Shown: piece by piece, positions 9,566-20,983 of the stretch
Numbering within the stretch: position 1 is the stretch's first letter
Layout of the letters: the number at the start of each line of letters is the position of its first letter
NCBI GenBank assembly: GCA_965238075.1
Contig: OZ250173.1
Location: 800,001 to 864,000 of the forward strand
Length of the DNA stretch: 64,000 nucleotides
Direction: 5' to 3'
Source of the DNA: Candidatus Entotheonellaceae bacterium
Lineage (GTDB): Bacteria; Tectomicrobia; Entotheonellia; Entotheonellales; Entotheonellaceae
The notes under the pieces: model-generated
Told to the model about the DNA's origin: nothing
The model's input: only the letters and a program-made list of their open reading frames with translations
The model's database searches: none
Made by a program: the position numbers and the translations under genes

Positions 9566-11128
9566 GTGGGAGACAACGTGGGACGGACCTTATTGATCAA
9601 ACTCGCCGTTGTAGGCGTCGTGATTATTGCCAGCCTGGTGCTGTCCATACCGCCGGGGGAGAAAATCTCGCTGGGGCTGGACCTGCGCGGCGGACTGCAC
9701 CTCGTGCTGGAGGTACAGGTTGACAAAGCAGTGGAACAATCGCTCGAACGCACCGCCGAAACCGTTCGCAAGGACCTGCTGGCTTCCGGGGTCGGCATTG
9801 TGGCCGTGGAGCCCTACAACCTGCAGGGGATTCGTTTGCTGTTTCGCGAGCCGCCCGAGCAGGCGGCGGTGAATGACGTCGTGCTGAATGCGCTGCCTTT
9901 TTCCCAGTCCGTGGAGCAATCCCCGGAGGTCTGGACGTATGAGATTCCAGCCGATGAACTGGACCAGATCCGCAGCGACGCGGTGAGTCAGGCGCTTGAG
10001 AAAATCCGCAACCGCGTGGACGCCTTTGGCGTCAGCGAGCCCAGCATCAGCCGCCAAGGCGCCCACCGCATCGTCATCCAACTTCCCGGTCTTGAAGACG
10101 CCCAGCGCGCTATCGACCTGATCGGCAGGACCGCCCAGCTGGAATTCAAGCTGGTGCAGTCGCTGGCCACCAATCCCAACGAGCCCGCCCCGCCCGGTAC
10201 CGAGGTCCTCTACGAAAAGGTGAAAGACCCACAGACACAGCTAATGGTCCGGGGCCAAGCCTACATCGTCGAGCGCCGCGCCGGCCTCACCGGTAACATG
10301 CTCGCCGACGCCCGCGCGTTGCCGGATCAGTATCAGTTCGGACAGTATTACGTGCAGATGCGGCTCAACAGCCGCGGCAAGCGCCTGTTCGGTCGCCTGA
10401 CGCAGGAAAACGTGGGGCGCGCCCTGGCGATCGTCCTCGACGACACCATCTTCTCGGCGCCGGTGATCCAGGAACCCATCCTCGGCGGCGAGGCGCAAAT
10501 CACCGGCACGTTCACCCCGGAGGAAGCGCGCGACCTCGCCATTGTGCTGCGCGAAGGCGCCCTGCCGGCGCCGGTCAGCATCATTGAGAACCGCACGGTC
10601 GGCCCATCGCTGGGCAGCGACTCGATCCGCCGGGGGCTGCGCTCAACCATCCTCGGCGGCGCGCTGGTGATCCTCTTCATGCTGGCCTATTACCGCATGT
10701 CCGGCCTCGTCGCCGACGTCGCCCTGGGCCTGAACCTGCTCATCCTGATGGGCGTCCTGGCGCTCCCCGGCCTCGGCGCCACCCTGACCCTGCCGGGCAT
10801 CGCCGGCATCCTCTTAACCCTCGGCATGGCCATCGACGCCAACGTCTTGATATTTGAGCGTATCCGAGAAGAATTGCGGCTCGGCAAATCGGTGCGCAGC
10901 GCCGTCGACGCGGGCTTTGCCAGGGCCTTCACGGCCATTCTGGACGCCAACGTCACCACCCTGATCGGTGCCTTGGTTCTGTTCCAGTTTGGCTCGGGGC
11001 CTATCAAGGGCTTTGCCATCACCCTCAGCATCGGCCTGTCGGCCAGCATGTTCACCGCGGTGTTTGTCAGCCGCACCATCTTCGAAACGGTCTTCAGTCT
11101 GCGGCAAGTCAACCGACTGAGCGTCTAG
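9566..11128 (+). CDS. secD: Protein translocase subunit SecD
   Basis: LGLDLRGG, RVDAFGVSEP, VGPSLG, LTLPGIAG, DANVLIFERIREE. Confidence 0.97.
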   Translation: MGDNVGRTLLIKLAVVGVVIIASLVLSIPPGEKISLGLDLRGGLHLVLEVQVDKAVEQSLERTAETVRKDLLASGVGIVAVEPYNLQGIRLLFREPPEQAAVNDVVLNALPFSQSVEQSPEVWTYEIPADELDQIRSDAVSQALEKIRNRVDAFGVSEPSISRQGAHRIVIQLPGLEDAQRAIDLIGRTAQLEFKLVQSLATNPNEPAPPGTEVLYEKVKDPQTQLMVRGQAYIVERRAGLTGNMLADARALPDQYQFGQYYVQMRLNSRGKRLFGRLTQENVGRALAIVLDDTIFSAPVIQEPILGGEAQITGTFTPEEARDLAIVLREGALPAPVSIIENRTVGPSLGSDSIRRGLRSTILGGALVILFMLAYYRMSGLVADVALGLNLLILMGVLALPGLGATLTLPGIAGILLTLGMAIDANVLIFERIREELRLGKSVRSAVDAGFARAFTAILDANVTTLIGALVLFQFGSGPIKGFAITLSIGLSASMFTAVFVSRTIFETVFSLRQVNRLSV

Positions 11129-11143
11129 ACAGGTTCATCCACC

Positions 11144-12223
11144 ATGCTTGAATTGATCCCCAGCGGACTACGCATCGATTTCATCGGCAAGACCAAGGTC
11201 TGTGTCATCGCCGCCGTGGTCGTCATCCTTCTCGGCCTGGGCTCCATCGCGCTGCACGGCGGCCTGAAACAGGGCATCGACTTCAGCGGCGGCACCCTGC
11301 TGCACCTGGGTTTCGGGCAAGACGTGGAACTCGGCGTGGTGCGCGAGGCGCTGGCGCCGGTGGGGCTGGAGCAGAGCATCGTGCAGCATTTCGGCAGCAG
11401 TGACGAAGTGCTGATCCGGGTGGCGCAGTCGAAGGAGGACATGTCCTACATCGCGGTTCAGCTGCAGGAAGCCTTGCAGCAGAAATTCCCGCAGCAACAG
11501 GTAGAAATTCTGCGGGTGGAGGTGGTGGGGCCGCAGGTCAGCGCGGATTTGCGGCGTAAGGCGCTGTTCGCCCTGTTTTACGCCGTGCTGGGTATCGTGA
11601 TCTATCTGTCCGGACGCTTTGAGGCCAAGTGGCTCATCTCGCTCGCCCTGGCGGGAACCATTTTCATCGTGACGTACCCGATCATGCAGTGGCTGCCCAA
11701 TGTCTCTCCCACCATCCTGATCGTCGTCGCCCTGGCCGTCACGACGGTCTTCAGCCTGCTGCTGCGGCTGCACTACGCGCTGGCAGCGCTGGTCGCCGTG
11801 TATCACGACGTGCTCGTCACCGTGGGGCTGCTGTCGATCTTCAACCGCGAATTCGACCTGCAGGTGGTGGCGGCGCTGCTGACCATCATCGGCTACTCGC
11901 TGAACGACACCATCGTCATCTTCGACCGCGTGCGCGAAAACATGCGCAGCCGGCGTTGGGACAACTTTCCGTCGGTCGTCAACCAAAGCCTCAATCAGAC
12001 CCTCAGCCGCACGGTCCTCACCTCGGGCCTGACCCTCTTCGTCATCGTGTCCCTGCTCCTTCTCGGTGGCGAGGTCATCCGCGGCTTTGCCATCGCCCTG
12101 CTCGTCGGCGTCATCGCCGGGACCTTCTCCACCCTCTTCATCGCCAGTCCGCTGCTCGTATACTGGCAACAACGCACCCCACGCCGCCAATCCAGCGGTC
12201 TCGCCGTCGGTGGCACGAGTTAG
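11144..12223 (+). CDS. secF: Protein translocase subunit SecF
   Basis: GIDFSGG, VGPQVS, GYSLNDTIVIFDRVRE, QTLSRT. Confidence 0.96.
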   Translation: MLELIPSGLRIDFIGKTKVCVIAAVVVILLGLGSIALHGGLKQGIDFSGGTLLHLGFGQDVELGVVREALAPVGLEQSIVQHFGSSDEVLIRVAQSKEDMSYIAVQLQEALQQKFPQQQVEILRVEVVGPQVSADLRRKALFALFYAVLGIVIYLSGRFEAKWLISLALAGTIFIVTYPIMQWLPNVSPTILIVVALAVTTVFSLLLRLHYALAALVAVYHDVLVTVGLLSIFNREFDLQVVAALLTIIGYSLNDTIVIFDRVRENMRSRRWDNFPSVVNQSLNQTLSRTVLTSGLTLFVIVSLLLLGGEVIRGFAIALLVGVIAGTFSTLFIASPLLVYWQQRTPRRQSSGLAVGGTS

Positions 12224-12306
12224 ACAGGCCCCCCACACGGTCCTTATGCGATTGTCAAGACGCGCGAAGCACGCCCCCAATTTAGAACCATGACAGGAAA
12301 ACCCTT

Positions 12307-13437
12307 ATGGTGATCGGCATCCCCAAGGAAATCAAAACCGAGGAGACCCGCGTCGCCATCACGCCCAGCGGCGTTGCCGCCCTGGTGGCGCACGGCCACC
12401 GCGTTGTGATTGAGACCCAGGCCGGTGCCGGGAGCAGCCTCTCAGATCAGCAGTACGCCGCGGCTGGGGCTCATATCCTGGATTCCGCCGAAGCGGTCTG
12501 GGCGCAGGCCGACCTCATCCTCAAGGTCAAAGAGCCGCTGGCCGCTGAGTACCCGTTTTTGCGGCCCGGCCTGATCCTGTTCACCTACCTCCATCTGGCC
12601 GCCGAAGAACAACTCACCCGGCTGCTGCTGGATCGTCAGGTGACAGCGCTGGGCTATGAAACCATTCAGTTGGAGGACGGCTCGTTGCCGCTGCTCGCGC
12701 CCATGAGTGAGGTGGCCGGGCGCTTGGCAATTCAAGTTGGAGCGTGGAGTCTGCAAGCCCAAAACGGAGGCCGGGGCGTCTTGCTGAGCGGCGCATCCGG
12801 CGTGAAGCCCGGACACGTGATCATTCTCGGGGCCGGCATTGCCGGCGCGAGCGCCTGTCAGGTAGCCGTCGGCATTGGCGCCTACGTGAGCATTCTGGAC
12901 GTGAACCCGGCACGACTGCGCTACGTCCACGACATCCTCGGCGGCCACGTCACCACCGTCATGTCCAACCGGGCCAATATCGAAGAGGAAGTAACCACTG
13001 CCGATCTGGTCGTCAGTTCCGTCCTGGTGCCGGGGGCGCGCACGCCGAAACTGCTCACCCGGAGCCTGTTTCACGACATGCGACCGGGGACGGCGTTCGT
13101 CGATATCTCGATTGATCAAGGCGGCAGCGCGGAGACCTCACGCCCAACGACGCACCACGACCCGATTTACCGCGAGGAGGAAGTGGTGCATTACTGCGTC
13201 ACCAATATGCCCGCTATCGTTCCCCATACCTCGACCTACGCCCTGACCAACGTCACCCTGTCCTACGCCCTCGAACTGGCCGATAAGGGCGTGGCCGCCG
13301 CCCTGCGGGAGAACCCCGCCCTGCAACGCGGGCTGAACACCATCAACGGTCACGTTGTCCACCCCGGCGTGGCCGCGGCATTCGACCTGCCCCGCGCCGA
13401 CATCACCTCGACGTTATCCGCCGAAGCCGAGCAATAG
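12307..13437 (+). CDS. ald: Alanine dehydrogenase
   Basis: IGIPKEIK, KVKEP, FTYLHLAA, PMSEVAGR, IDQGG, HYCVTNMP. Confidence 0.95.
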   Translation: MVIGIPKEIKTEETRVAITPSGVAALVAHGHRVVIETQAGAGSSLSDQQYAAAGAHILDSAEAVWAQADLILKVKEPLAAEYPFLRPGLILFTYLHLAAEEQLTRLLLDRQVTALGYETIQLEDGSLPLLAPMSEVAGRLAIQVGAWSLQAQNGGRGVLLSGASGVKPGHVIILGAGIAGASACQVAVGIGAYVSILDVNPARLRYVHDILGGHVTTVMSNRANIEEEVTTADLVVSSVLVPGARTPKLLTRSLFHDMRPGTAFVDISIDQGGSAETSRPTTHHDPIYREEEVVHYCVTNMPAIVPHTSTYALTNVTLSYALELADKGVAAALRENPALQRGLNTINGHVVHPGVAAAFDLPRADITSTLSAEAEQ

Positions 13438-13459
13438 AGCATTTTCGATCAAGCCGCTG

Positions 13460-13548
13460 GTCGAATTAGCGAAGCGTAATCCGACATTCCATCGCGCCAC
13501 CAACCGCGAAGGTTTCTGGTATCGGATTACGTCTGCGTCTAATCCAAC

Positions 13549-13552
<4 letters not shown>
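13460..13552. repeat. Inverted pair of family A REP-like palindromes between convergent ald and argG
   Basis: GTCGAATTAGCGAAGCGTAATCCGAC (13460-13485) and ATCGGATTACGTCTGCGTCTAATCCAACCTAC (13521-13552). Confidence 0.8.
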
Positions 13553-14768
<1,216 letters not shown>

Positions 14769-14772
<4 letters not shown>

Positions 14773-15707
14773 ACGTATCTCCCTTCCGGGTTGACCAGAA
14801 ATGCCAGCAGGGCCTTTTGGGCGTGCAGGCGATTTTCCGCTTCCTCGAACACCAGCGAACGCGGCCCCTCCAGAACCTCGGCGGTGATTTCCTCGCCGCG
14901 ATGGGCGGGCAGGCAATGCATGGCCACGGCGTGCGAAGCGGCCCCGACCATCAACTCCGTTCCGACCTGATACGGGCGAAAAATCTCGGCCCGCCGCGCG
15001 GCCTCAGCTTCCTGACCCATGCTGGCCCACACGTCCGTGTACACCGCATCGGCGCCGCTGACGCCCTGGCGCGGGTCCTCGACGACTTCCAACACTGCCC
15101 CGGTGCCCTGCGCCAAGCTCTCGGCCTGCTCGCAAACGGCAGCGTTCGGCTCATAACCGGGCGGGCACGAGACGGTCAGCCGTAAGCCCGTCTGCGCGGC
15201 GCCCAGCAGCCACGAGTTGGCCACGTTGTTGCCATCGCCGACGTAGGCAACGTGCAAGCCGCTCAGGCTGCCGAAATGTTCCCGCAGTGTCAGCAGGGCG
15301 GCGAGAATCTGACACGGGTGCAACAGGTCGGTCAGGCCGTTGATGACCGGCACGCTGGCATGCCGCGCGACTTCCGTCACGTCGTCGTGCTCGAAGGTGC
15401 GCATAACGACGACGTCGTAATACCGCGACAGCACCTGGCCGACGTCCCCCGCCGACTCCCGCGTGCCAAGCCCGACCTCCTCCTTGCGCAGGGTGGTGAC
15501 GGCACCGCCAAGCTGCACCATGCCGACCTCGAACGACGCCCGCGTGCGCAAGGACGGCTTCTCCAGATATACCGCCAGGGCCTTGTCGGCCAACAGGGGT
15601 GTCGATTCGCCGCGTTTTCGCCGCGCCTTGAGATCGATGGCCAGGGAGAGCAGTCTATCGATCTCCGCCGGCGTTACGTCGGCGAGCGACAGTAAATCCC
15701 GTTTCAC
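14769..15707 (-). CDS. argF: Ornithine carbamoyltransferase
   Basis: [31 protein letters not shown]. Confidence 0.93.
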
Positions 15708-15769
15708 AATGCCTTCCTTCGCCGTGGCTAGAGCACTTTCGGATCAAAACGGCGGGTAATCCGGGGCTG

Positions 15770-15877
15770 CCCCCTCACCCCTACCCCCTCCCTCCCGGGG
15801 AGAGGGAGCAAAAGCCTTCCGCGAGGCAGCTCTCTGGTCCCCTTCCCCCTGCGCGGGAGAGGGCTGGGGAGGGAGGT
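15770..15877. repeat. Inverted pair of family B repeats between argB and argF
   Basis: CCCCCTCACCCCTACCCCCTCCCTCCCGGGGAGAGGG ... CCCTTCCCCCTGCGCGGGAGAGGGCTGGGGAGGGAGG. Confidence 0.75.
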
Positions 15878-15893
15878 ATGATCCGAAATTTAT

Positions 15894-16781
15894 TTAACGG
15901 ACTATCTCCGTGCCCACGCCGCGGTCCGTGAACAGTTCCAGAAGCACCGCGTGCGGAACCCGGCCATCGATGATATGGGTCTTGGCGACCCCGCCGTCGA
16001 GAGCGCGCAAGCACGCCTCCACCTTGGGCAGCATGCCGCCGGCAATCACAGCCTCGTCCTGCAATTGTTGAATGGCCTGCCGATCGAGGCTCGGCAGCAG
16101 CTTCTTGTCACGGTCCTGAATCCCTTCCACGTCCGTCAGAAACAGCAGCCGCTCGGCTTGCAGGGCGGCGGCGATGTCCCCAGCGGCAGTGTCGGCGTTG
16201 ATGTTGTAGCTTTCCCCGTTTTCGCCCACACCCGTCGGCGCGATGACGGGGATGAAGCCGTTGTTCTCCAGCGTGTGAATAATCGACGTGTTGACAGACG
16301 TGACTTCCCCGACCAGCCCGATGTCAATCAGTTGCGGCGGACTGCCGGGTGCGACGGAGCGGTACAACCGTTTCTTGGTGGCGGTGATCAAGTTGGCGTC
16401 CTTACCGCTCAGGCCAACCGCCTGGCCGCCGTGCAGGTTGATGGTGGCGACGATCTCCTTGTTCAGCTTGCCGCCCAGCACCATGTCAACCACTTCCATG
16501 GTGGCCGCGTCGGTCACCCGCAGCCCCGCCTCAAAACGCGCCGAGATGCCCATGCGCTTCATGATGGTGTCGATCTGCGGCCCGCCGCCGTGCACGACGA
16601 CCGGGTGCATGCCCACGCACTGCAGCAGCACAATGTCGCGCGCAAAGGAATCACGCAGCGCCTCGTCGGTCATGGCGTGGCCGCCGTATTTCACCACGAC
16701 GGCCTTGTTGGCAAACAACTGAATGTATGGCAGAGCCTCGATCAGGGTGTGGGCCTGCTGGATGTGGTCAGTCGCGTGCAT
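15894..16781 (-). CDS. argB: Acetylglutamate kinase
   Basis: KYGGHAM, VHGGGPQI, GLRVTD, NINADTAA, GGMLPK. Confidence 0.96.
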   Translation of the reverse strand: MHATDHIQQAHTLIEALPYIQLFANKAVVVKYGGHAMTDEALRDSFARDIVLLQCVGMHPVVVHGGGPQIDTIMKRMGISARFEAGLRVTDAATMEVVDMVLGGKLNKEIVATINLHGGQAVGLSGKDANLITATKKRLYRSVAPGSPPQLIDIGLVGEVTSVNTSIIHTLENNGFIPVIAPTGVGENGESYNINADTAAGDIAAALQAERLLFLTDVEGIQDRDKKLLPSLDRQAIQQLQDEAVIAGGMLPKVEACLRALDGGVAKTHIIDGRVPHAVLLELFTDRGVGTEIVR

Positions 16782-16811
16782 GACCAATGACTCCTCGCGC
16801 AGCGGCGGGCT

Positions 16812-18176
16812 TTACAGGATGTAGCGGGTCATGTCCTCGCTGCTGACGATGTTTTCGAGGCGTTCCACGACGTACTGGCGGTCGATGGTCACCTGCGCGT
16901 CCGTCATATCCATATCCGAGGCGCGGAAGGAGAGGTCGTCCAGCAGCCGCTCCAGGATAGTGTACAAGCGGCGGGCGCCGATGTTTTCCGTCTGCTGATT
17001 GACGCGGTCGGCAATGCTGGCGATTTCCTCGATGGCGTCGTCGCTGAACGCCACCTCCACACCCTCGGTGCCGAGCAGCGCCCGGTACTGCTTAAGCAAG
17101 GCGTTGCGGGGCTCGCGCAGAATGCGCACAAAGTCGTCCTTGCCCAGGGCCTGCAGCTCGACCCGGATGGGAAAGCGCCCCTGCAATTCGGGGATCAGAT
17201 CCGACGGTTTGGAGACGTGGAACGCCCCGGCGGCGATGAAGAGAATGTGGTCGGTTTTCACCATGCCGTATTTCGTGTTGACCGTGCTGCCCTCGATGAT
17301 CGGTAGCAGGTCGCGCTGCACGCCCTCGCGCGACACGTCCGGGCCGCTGCTGCGCTCACGCCCGGCGATCTTGTCCAGCTCGTCGAGGAAGATGATACCG
17401 GACTGCTCCACACGCCGCACCGCCTCCTTGACCACGGCATCCATATCGACCAGGCGCTGCGCCTCTTCCTGCATGAGGATGTTGAAGGCGTCGGGGACCT
17501 TGACCTTGCGCCGCTTCTTGCGCTGCGGAAACAGGTTGCCCAGCATGTCCTTGATGTGAATGCCCATGTCTTCCAGCCCGGAGCCGGACACCACCTCGAT
17601 CATCGGCAGGTTGTTGCCGTCCTGCACCTCAAACTCGACAAATCGGTCGTCGAGCTTGCCATCCCGCAGGTATTGGCGGAACTTCTCGCGCGTCTTCTGG
17701 TAATGCTGCTGCCCGAGGTCGTCGAGATTGCCGGACGATTCAGCATCCGGCGCGCTCGGCGGCTGCGGCAGCAACAAATCCAGCAGACGTTCCTCGGCGT
17801 TCTCGGCGGCCTTCTCCTCCACCCGCCGCATCTCCTCCTGCTGCGCCATGTTTTTACTGAGTTCGGTGAGGTCGCGGATCATCGATTCCACGTCACGCCC
17901 GACGTAGCCGACCTCGGTGAACTTGGAGGCTTCGATCTTGAGGAAGGGGGAGTGCGCCAGGGAGGCAAGACGGCGCGCCACCTCGGTCTTGCCGACCCCG
18001 GTGGGGCCAATCATGATGATATTCTTGGGCGCCACCTCGTTGCGCAACTCCGGGGCCAGTTGTTGACGGCGCCACCGGTTGCGCAGCGCGATCGCCACGG
18101 CGCGCTTGGCGTCGTCCTGCCCAACGATGTATTTGTCCAGTTCTTGAACGATCTCACGCGGGGTGAGGGCATCCAT
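16812..18176 (-). CDS. hslU: ATP-dependent protease ATPase subunit HslU
   Basis: [13 protein letters not shown] pore motif, [15 protein letters not shown]. Confidence 0.98.
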   Translation of the reverse strand: MDALTPREIVQELDKYIVGQDDAKRAVAIALRNRWRRQQLAPELRNEVAPKNIIMIGPTGVGKTEVARRLASLAHSPFLKIEASKFTEVGYVGRDVESMIRDLTELSKNMAQQEEMRRVEEKAAENAEERLLDLLLPQPPSAPDAESSGNLDDLGQQHYQKTREKFRQYLRDGKLDDRFVEFEVQDGNNLPMIEVVSGSGLEDMGIHIKDMLGNLFPQRKKRRKVKVPDAFNILMQEEAQRLVDMDAVVKEAVRRVEQSGIIFLDELDKIAGRERSSGPDVSREGVQRDLLPIIEGSTVNTKYGMVKTDHILFIAAGAFHVSKPSDLIPELQGRFPIRVELQALGKDDFVRILREPRNALLKQYRALLGTEGVEVAFSDDAIEEIASIADRVNQQTENIGARRLYTILERLLDDLSFRASDMDMTDAQVTIDRQYVVERLENIVSSEDMTRYIL

Positions 18177-18199
18177 ACGGCAACCTGCTGAGGGGAGGG

Positions 18200-18727
18200 T
18201 TAAAGCTCTTCGACGCTGAGGTGGTCATTCGTATAGATGCAGATATCAGCGGCGATACGCATGGCCGTTTCGGCAATCTCACAGGCGCTGAGTTGCGTAT
18301 GCTGCTGCAAAGCGCGAGCGGCGGCCAGGGCGTACGGACCGCCGGAACCAATGCCAATAATGCCATCGTCGGGCTCAATAATATCGCCTGTACCAGAGAG
18401 AATCAACGAGGTCTCCCGGTCCGCCACGGCGAGCAGCGCCTCCAGGCGTCGCAGCACGCGGTCGGCGCGCCAATCCTTGGCCAACTCCACGGCCGCGCGG
18501 ATCAGACTGCCTTGGTATTCCTCCAGCTTGGTCTCGAAACGATCCACCAGCGTGAAGGCGTCCGCGGCGGCGCCGGCGAAGCCGGTCAGCACCTGATCAT
18601 GATGCACCTTGCGGATCTTGCGGGCGTGGTGCTTCATGACGATCGTGTTGAAGCTCACCTGGCCGTCGCCCGCCATCGCCACCTGACCGTTGTGGCGCAC
18701 ACATAGAATGGTCGTGCTGCGAATCAT
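18200..18727 (-). CDS. hslV: ATP-dependent protease peptidase subunit HslV
   Basis: [24 protein letters not shown]. Confidence 0.97.
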   Translation of the reverse strand: MIRSTTILCVRHNGQVAMAGDGQVSFNTIVMKHHARKIRKVHHDQVLTGFAGAAADAFTLVDRFETKLEEYQGSLIRAAVELAKDWRADRVLRRLEALLAVADRETSLILSGTGDIIEPDDGIIGIGSGGPYALAAARALQQHTQLSACEIAETAMRIAADICIYTNDHLSVEEL

Positions 18728-19665
18728 GTCTTCCCCTGCGACCGCCGCGCGCGTGGATGGGCCCGGTCGTACACGTCGAGCATGCGGTCGACGCTCACGT
18801 GGGTATATTTCTGCGTGGTGGAAAGCTGCCGGTGCCCCAGCAGTTCCTGGATGCTGCGCAGGTCCGCGCCGTTGTCCAGCAGATGCGTAGCGAAGGCGTG
18901 CCGCAAGGTGTGCGGGCTGGTGCGCGTAGAGATGCCGGTGCGGCGGCAGTGCTTTTTGATGATCAACTGCACCCCGCGCGTGCTAAGCCGGTGCCCGTGA
19001 CGGTTGAGAAAAAGCGCCGCCTCGGACTGCCCAAGGCCGCCGATCTCCCGCGCTTCAAGGTAATCCCGCAGGGCCTGAGCAGCGGTCTTGCCGAAGAACA
19101 CCTGGCGCTCGCGATTGCCCTTGCCGAGCACCCGCATAGCGCCCGTCCCAAGGTCGATGCTCTGCACGTCGAGGGCCGCCAACTCGCTGACGCGAACACC
19201 GCTGGCGTAGAACAGTTCCAGGATGGCCTGATCGCGCTGACGCATCCACGGGATGGCCATTTCGGTGTTAGGCTCCTGCGGCGTGTCGAGCAGCGTGAAC
19301 ACGTGATCAATCGGCAGCGTGTTGGGCAGCGGGCGTGGCGCCTTGGGTATGCGAACAGCGCGTGCGGCGTTGCTGCCGACGTGCCCGCGGCGCTCCATCA
19401 ATTGCAGAAAACTGCGCAAGCTCGCCAGCTTGCGCCCCAACGTCCTTGCCTCGGCGCCCCGCTGATACAGGACCTTGAGATACGTACGGATCATACCGGC
19501 ATCGATCTGTTCGGGATGACTGAGCGGTGCGGCCTCCTCTCCCCTCGCCTCCGCCACGACCTCCAGGAATTGCCGCAGATCGCTCAGGTAGTTGCGCACG
19601 GTGTGGGGCGACACTTGGCGCTCGTCCTCAAGATGGGTTCGAAAAACGTTCAGGTAGGTCTGCAT
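18724..19665 (-). CDS. xerC: Tyrosine recombinase XerC
   Basis: [35 protein letters not shown]; trmFO-xerC-hslV synteny. Confidence 0.92.
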   Translation of the reverse strand: MQTYLNVFRTHLEDERQVSPHTVRNYLSDLRQFLEVVAEARGEEAAPLSHPEQIDAGMIRTYLKVLYQRGAEARTLGRKLASLRSFLQLMERRGHVGSNAARAVRIPKAPRPLPNTLPIDHVFTLLDTPQEPNTEMAIPWMRQRDQAILELFYASGVRVSELAALDVQSIDLGTGAMRVLGKGNRERQVFFGKTAAQALRDYLEAREIGGLGQSEAALFLNRHGHRLSTRGVQLIIKKHCRRTGISTRTSPHTLRHAFATHLLDNGADLRSIQELLGHRQLSTTQKYTHVSVDRMLDVYDRAHPRARRSQGKT

Positions 19666-19669
19666 CGCG

Positions 19670-20983
19670 TTATACCACCTTCTGTTGCCAATTCCGAAAA
19701 TCCGTCAAGGCGCGGTCGATCATGGCCTCGCGCCGCAGCCGCTTGCGGCTCACCGGCGTTGGCAAAGCGGGCAACAGCCCGAAGTTGATGTTCATCGGCT
19801 GAAAAGTGTCGGGACACGCCCCGGAGATGTAGTGCACCAAGGCCCCGTGCGCCGAGGTCGCCGGCGGCACCACCGGGGCGGCGCCGCGGGACAGGGCGAC
19901 CGCGTTGATCCCGGCCAGCAGGCCGGTCGCCGCCGATTCCACGTACCCTTCCACCCCAGTTATTTGCCCAGCAAACAGCAGGTTCGGGTCGCGCTTTGTT
20001 TGCAGTGTCGGCAGCAGCAGACGCGGCGCGTTCAGGAAGGTATTTCGATGCACCGAGCCCAGGCGCAGAAACATCGCCTGCTCCAGACCGGGAATCATGC
20101 GGAAAATACGGCGTTGCTCGCCGTATTTCAGGCGCGTCTGAAAGCCCACCATGTTGTAGGCGCTGTGCAGGCGATCCTCAAGGCGAAGTTGCACCACGGC
20201 GTGCGGCCGCGGTTGATCCGGCGGCGTCAGGCCCACCGGTTTGAGCGGCCCGAAAGCCAGGGTCTGCGGACCGCGGCGCGCCATTTCCTCGACCGGTAGA
20301 CAGCCCTCGAAAAACAACTCCCGCTCCACCTCGTGCAGCGCCACGCACTCGGCATTGCACAAAGCGTCGCATAGCTGCTCGTACAGGTCGCGGTCCAAGG
20401 CGCAATTGAGGTAATCCTTGCCGTCACCGCGGTCGTAGCGCGAGGCGAAGAAGGTCTTGGTGTAATCGATCGAATCGGCAGCCACGATGGGCGACAAGGC
20501 GTCGTAAAAGTACAGCTGCTCAGCCCCCACACGACGCTGGATGTCGGCGGTCAGCGCCTCCGAGGTTAGAGGACCGCTGGCGACAATGACAAAACCGTCC
20601 GACGGGAGTTCCGTCACCTCTTCCCGAATTAACGTGATGCCAGGATGGCGGCAAACAGCGTCAGTGAGGTAGCGCGCAAACTGTTCCCGGTCGACCGCCA
20701 GCGCCGACCCCGCCGGCACGCGGCAGGCATCGGCGGCGCGCAGCACCAGCGAGTTGAGGTGCCGCATCTCGGCTTTCAGCAGGCCGTGCGCCGACGACAG
20801 GGTATCCGCCTTGAGGGAATTGCTGCACACCAACTCGCCGAGGAAGTCGGAGCGGTGCGCGTGGGTGGGGGTATGTGGGCGCATTTCGTAAAGCCGGACC
20901 GGCACCCCGCGGCTGGCGATCTGGAAAGCCGCCTCGGTGCCAGCCAGACCGCCGCCAATCACCATGATCGGGCGGGCATTCAT
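19670..20983 (-). CDS. trmFO: FADH2-oxidizing tRNA (uracil54-C5)-methyltransferase
   Basis: GGGLAGTEAA, ELVCSNS, HRNTF, GQITGVEGY, PMNINFG. Confidence 0.97.
   Translation of the reverse strand: MNARPIMVIGGGLAGTEAAFQIASRGVPVRLYEMRPHTPTHAHRSDFLGELVCSNSLKADTLSSAHGLLKAEMRHLNSLVLRAADACRVPAGSALAVDREQFARYLTDAVCRHPGITLIREEVTELPSDGFVIVASGPLTSEALTADIQRRVGAEQLYFYDALSPIVAADSIDYTKTFFASRYDRGDGKDYLNCALDRDLYEQLCDALCNAECVALHEVERELFFEGCLPVEEMARRGPQTLAFGPLKPVGLTPPDQPRPHAVVQLRLEDRLHSAYNMVGFQTRLKYGEQRRIFRMIPGLEQAMFLRLGSVHRNTFLNAPRLLLPTLQTKRDPNLLFAGQITGVEGYVESAATGLLAGINAVALSRGAAPVVPPATSAHGALVHYISGACPDTFQPMNINFGLLPALPTPVSRKRLRREAMIDRALTDFRNWQQKVV

Noticed and set aside
18724..19665. Phage or island integrase
   Set aside because: It sits in the conserved trmFO-xerC-hslVU context, so it is housekeeping XerC.
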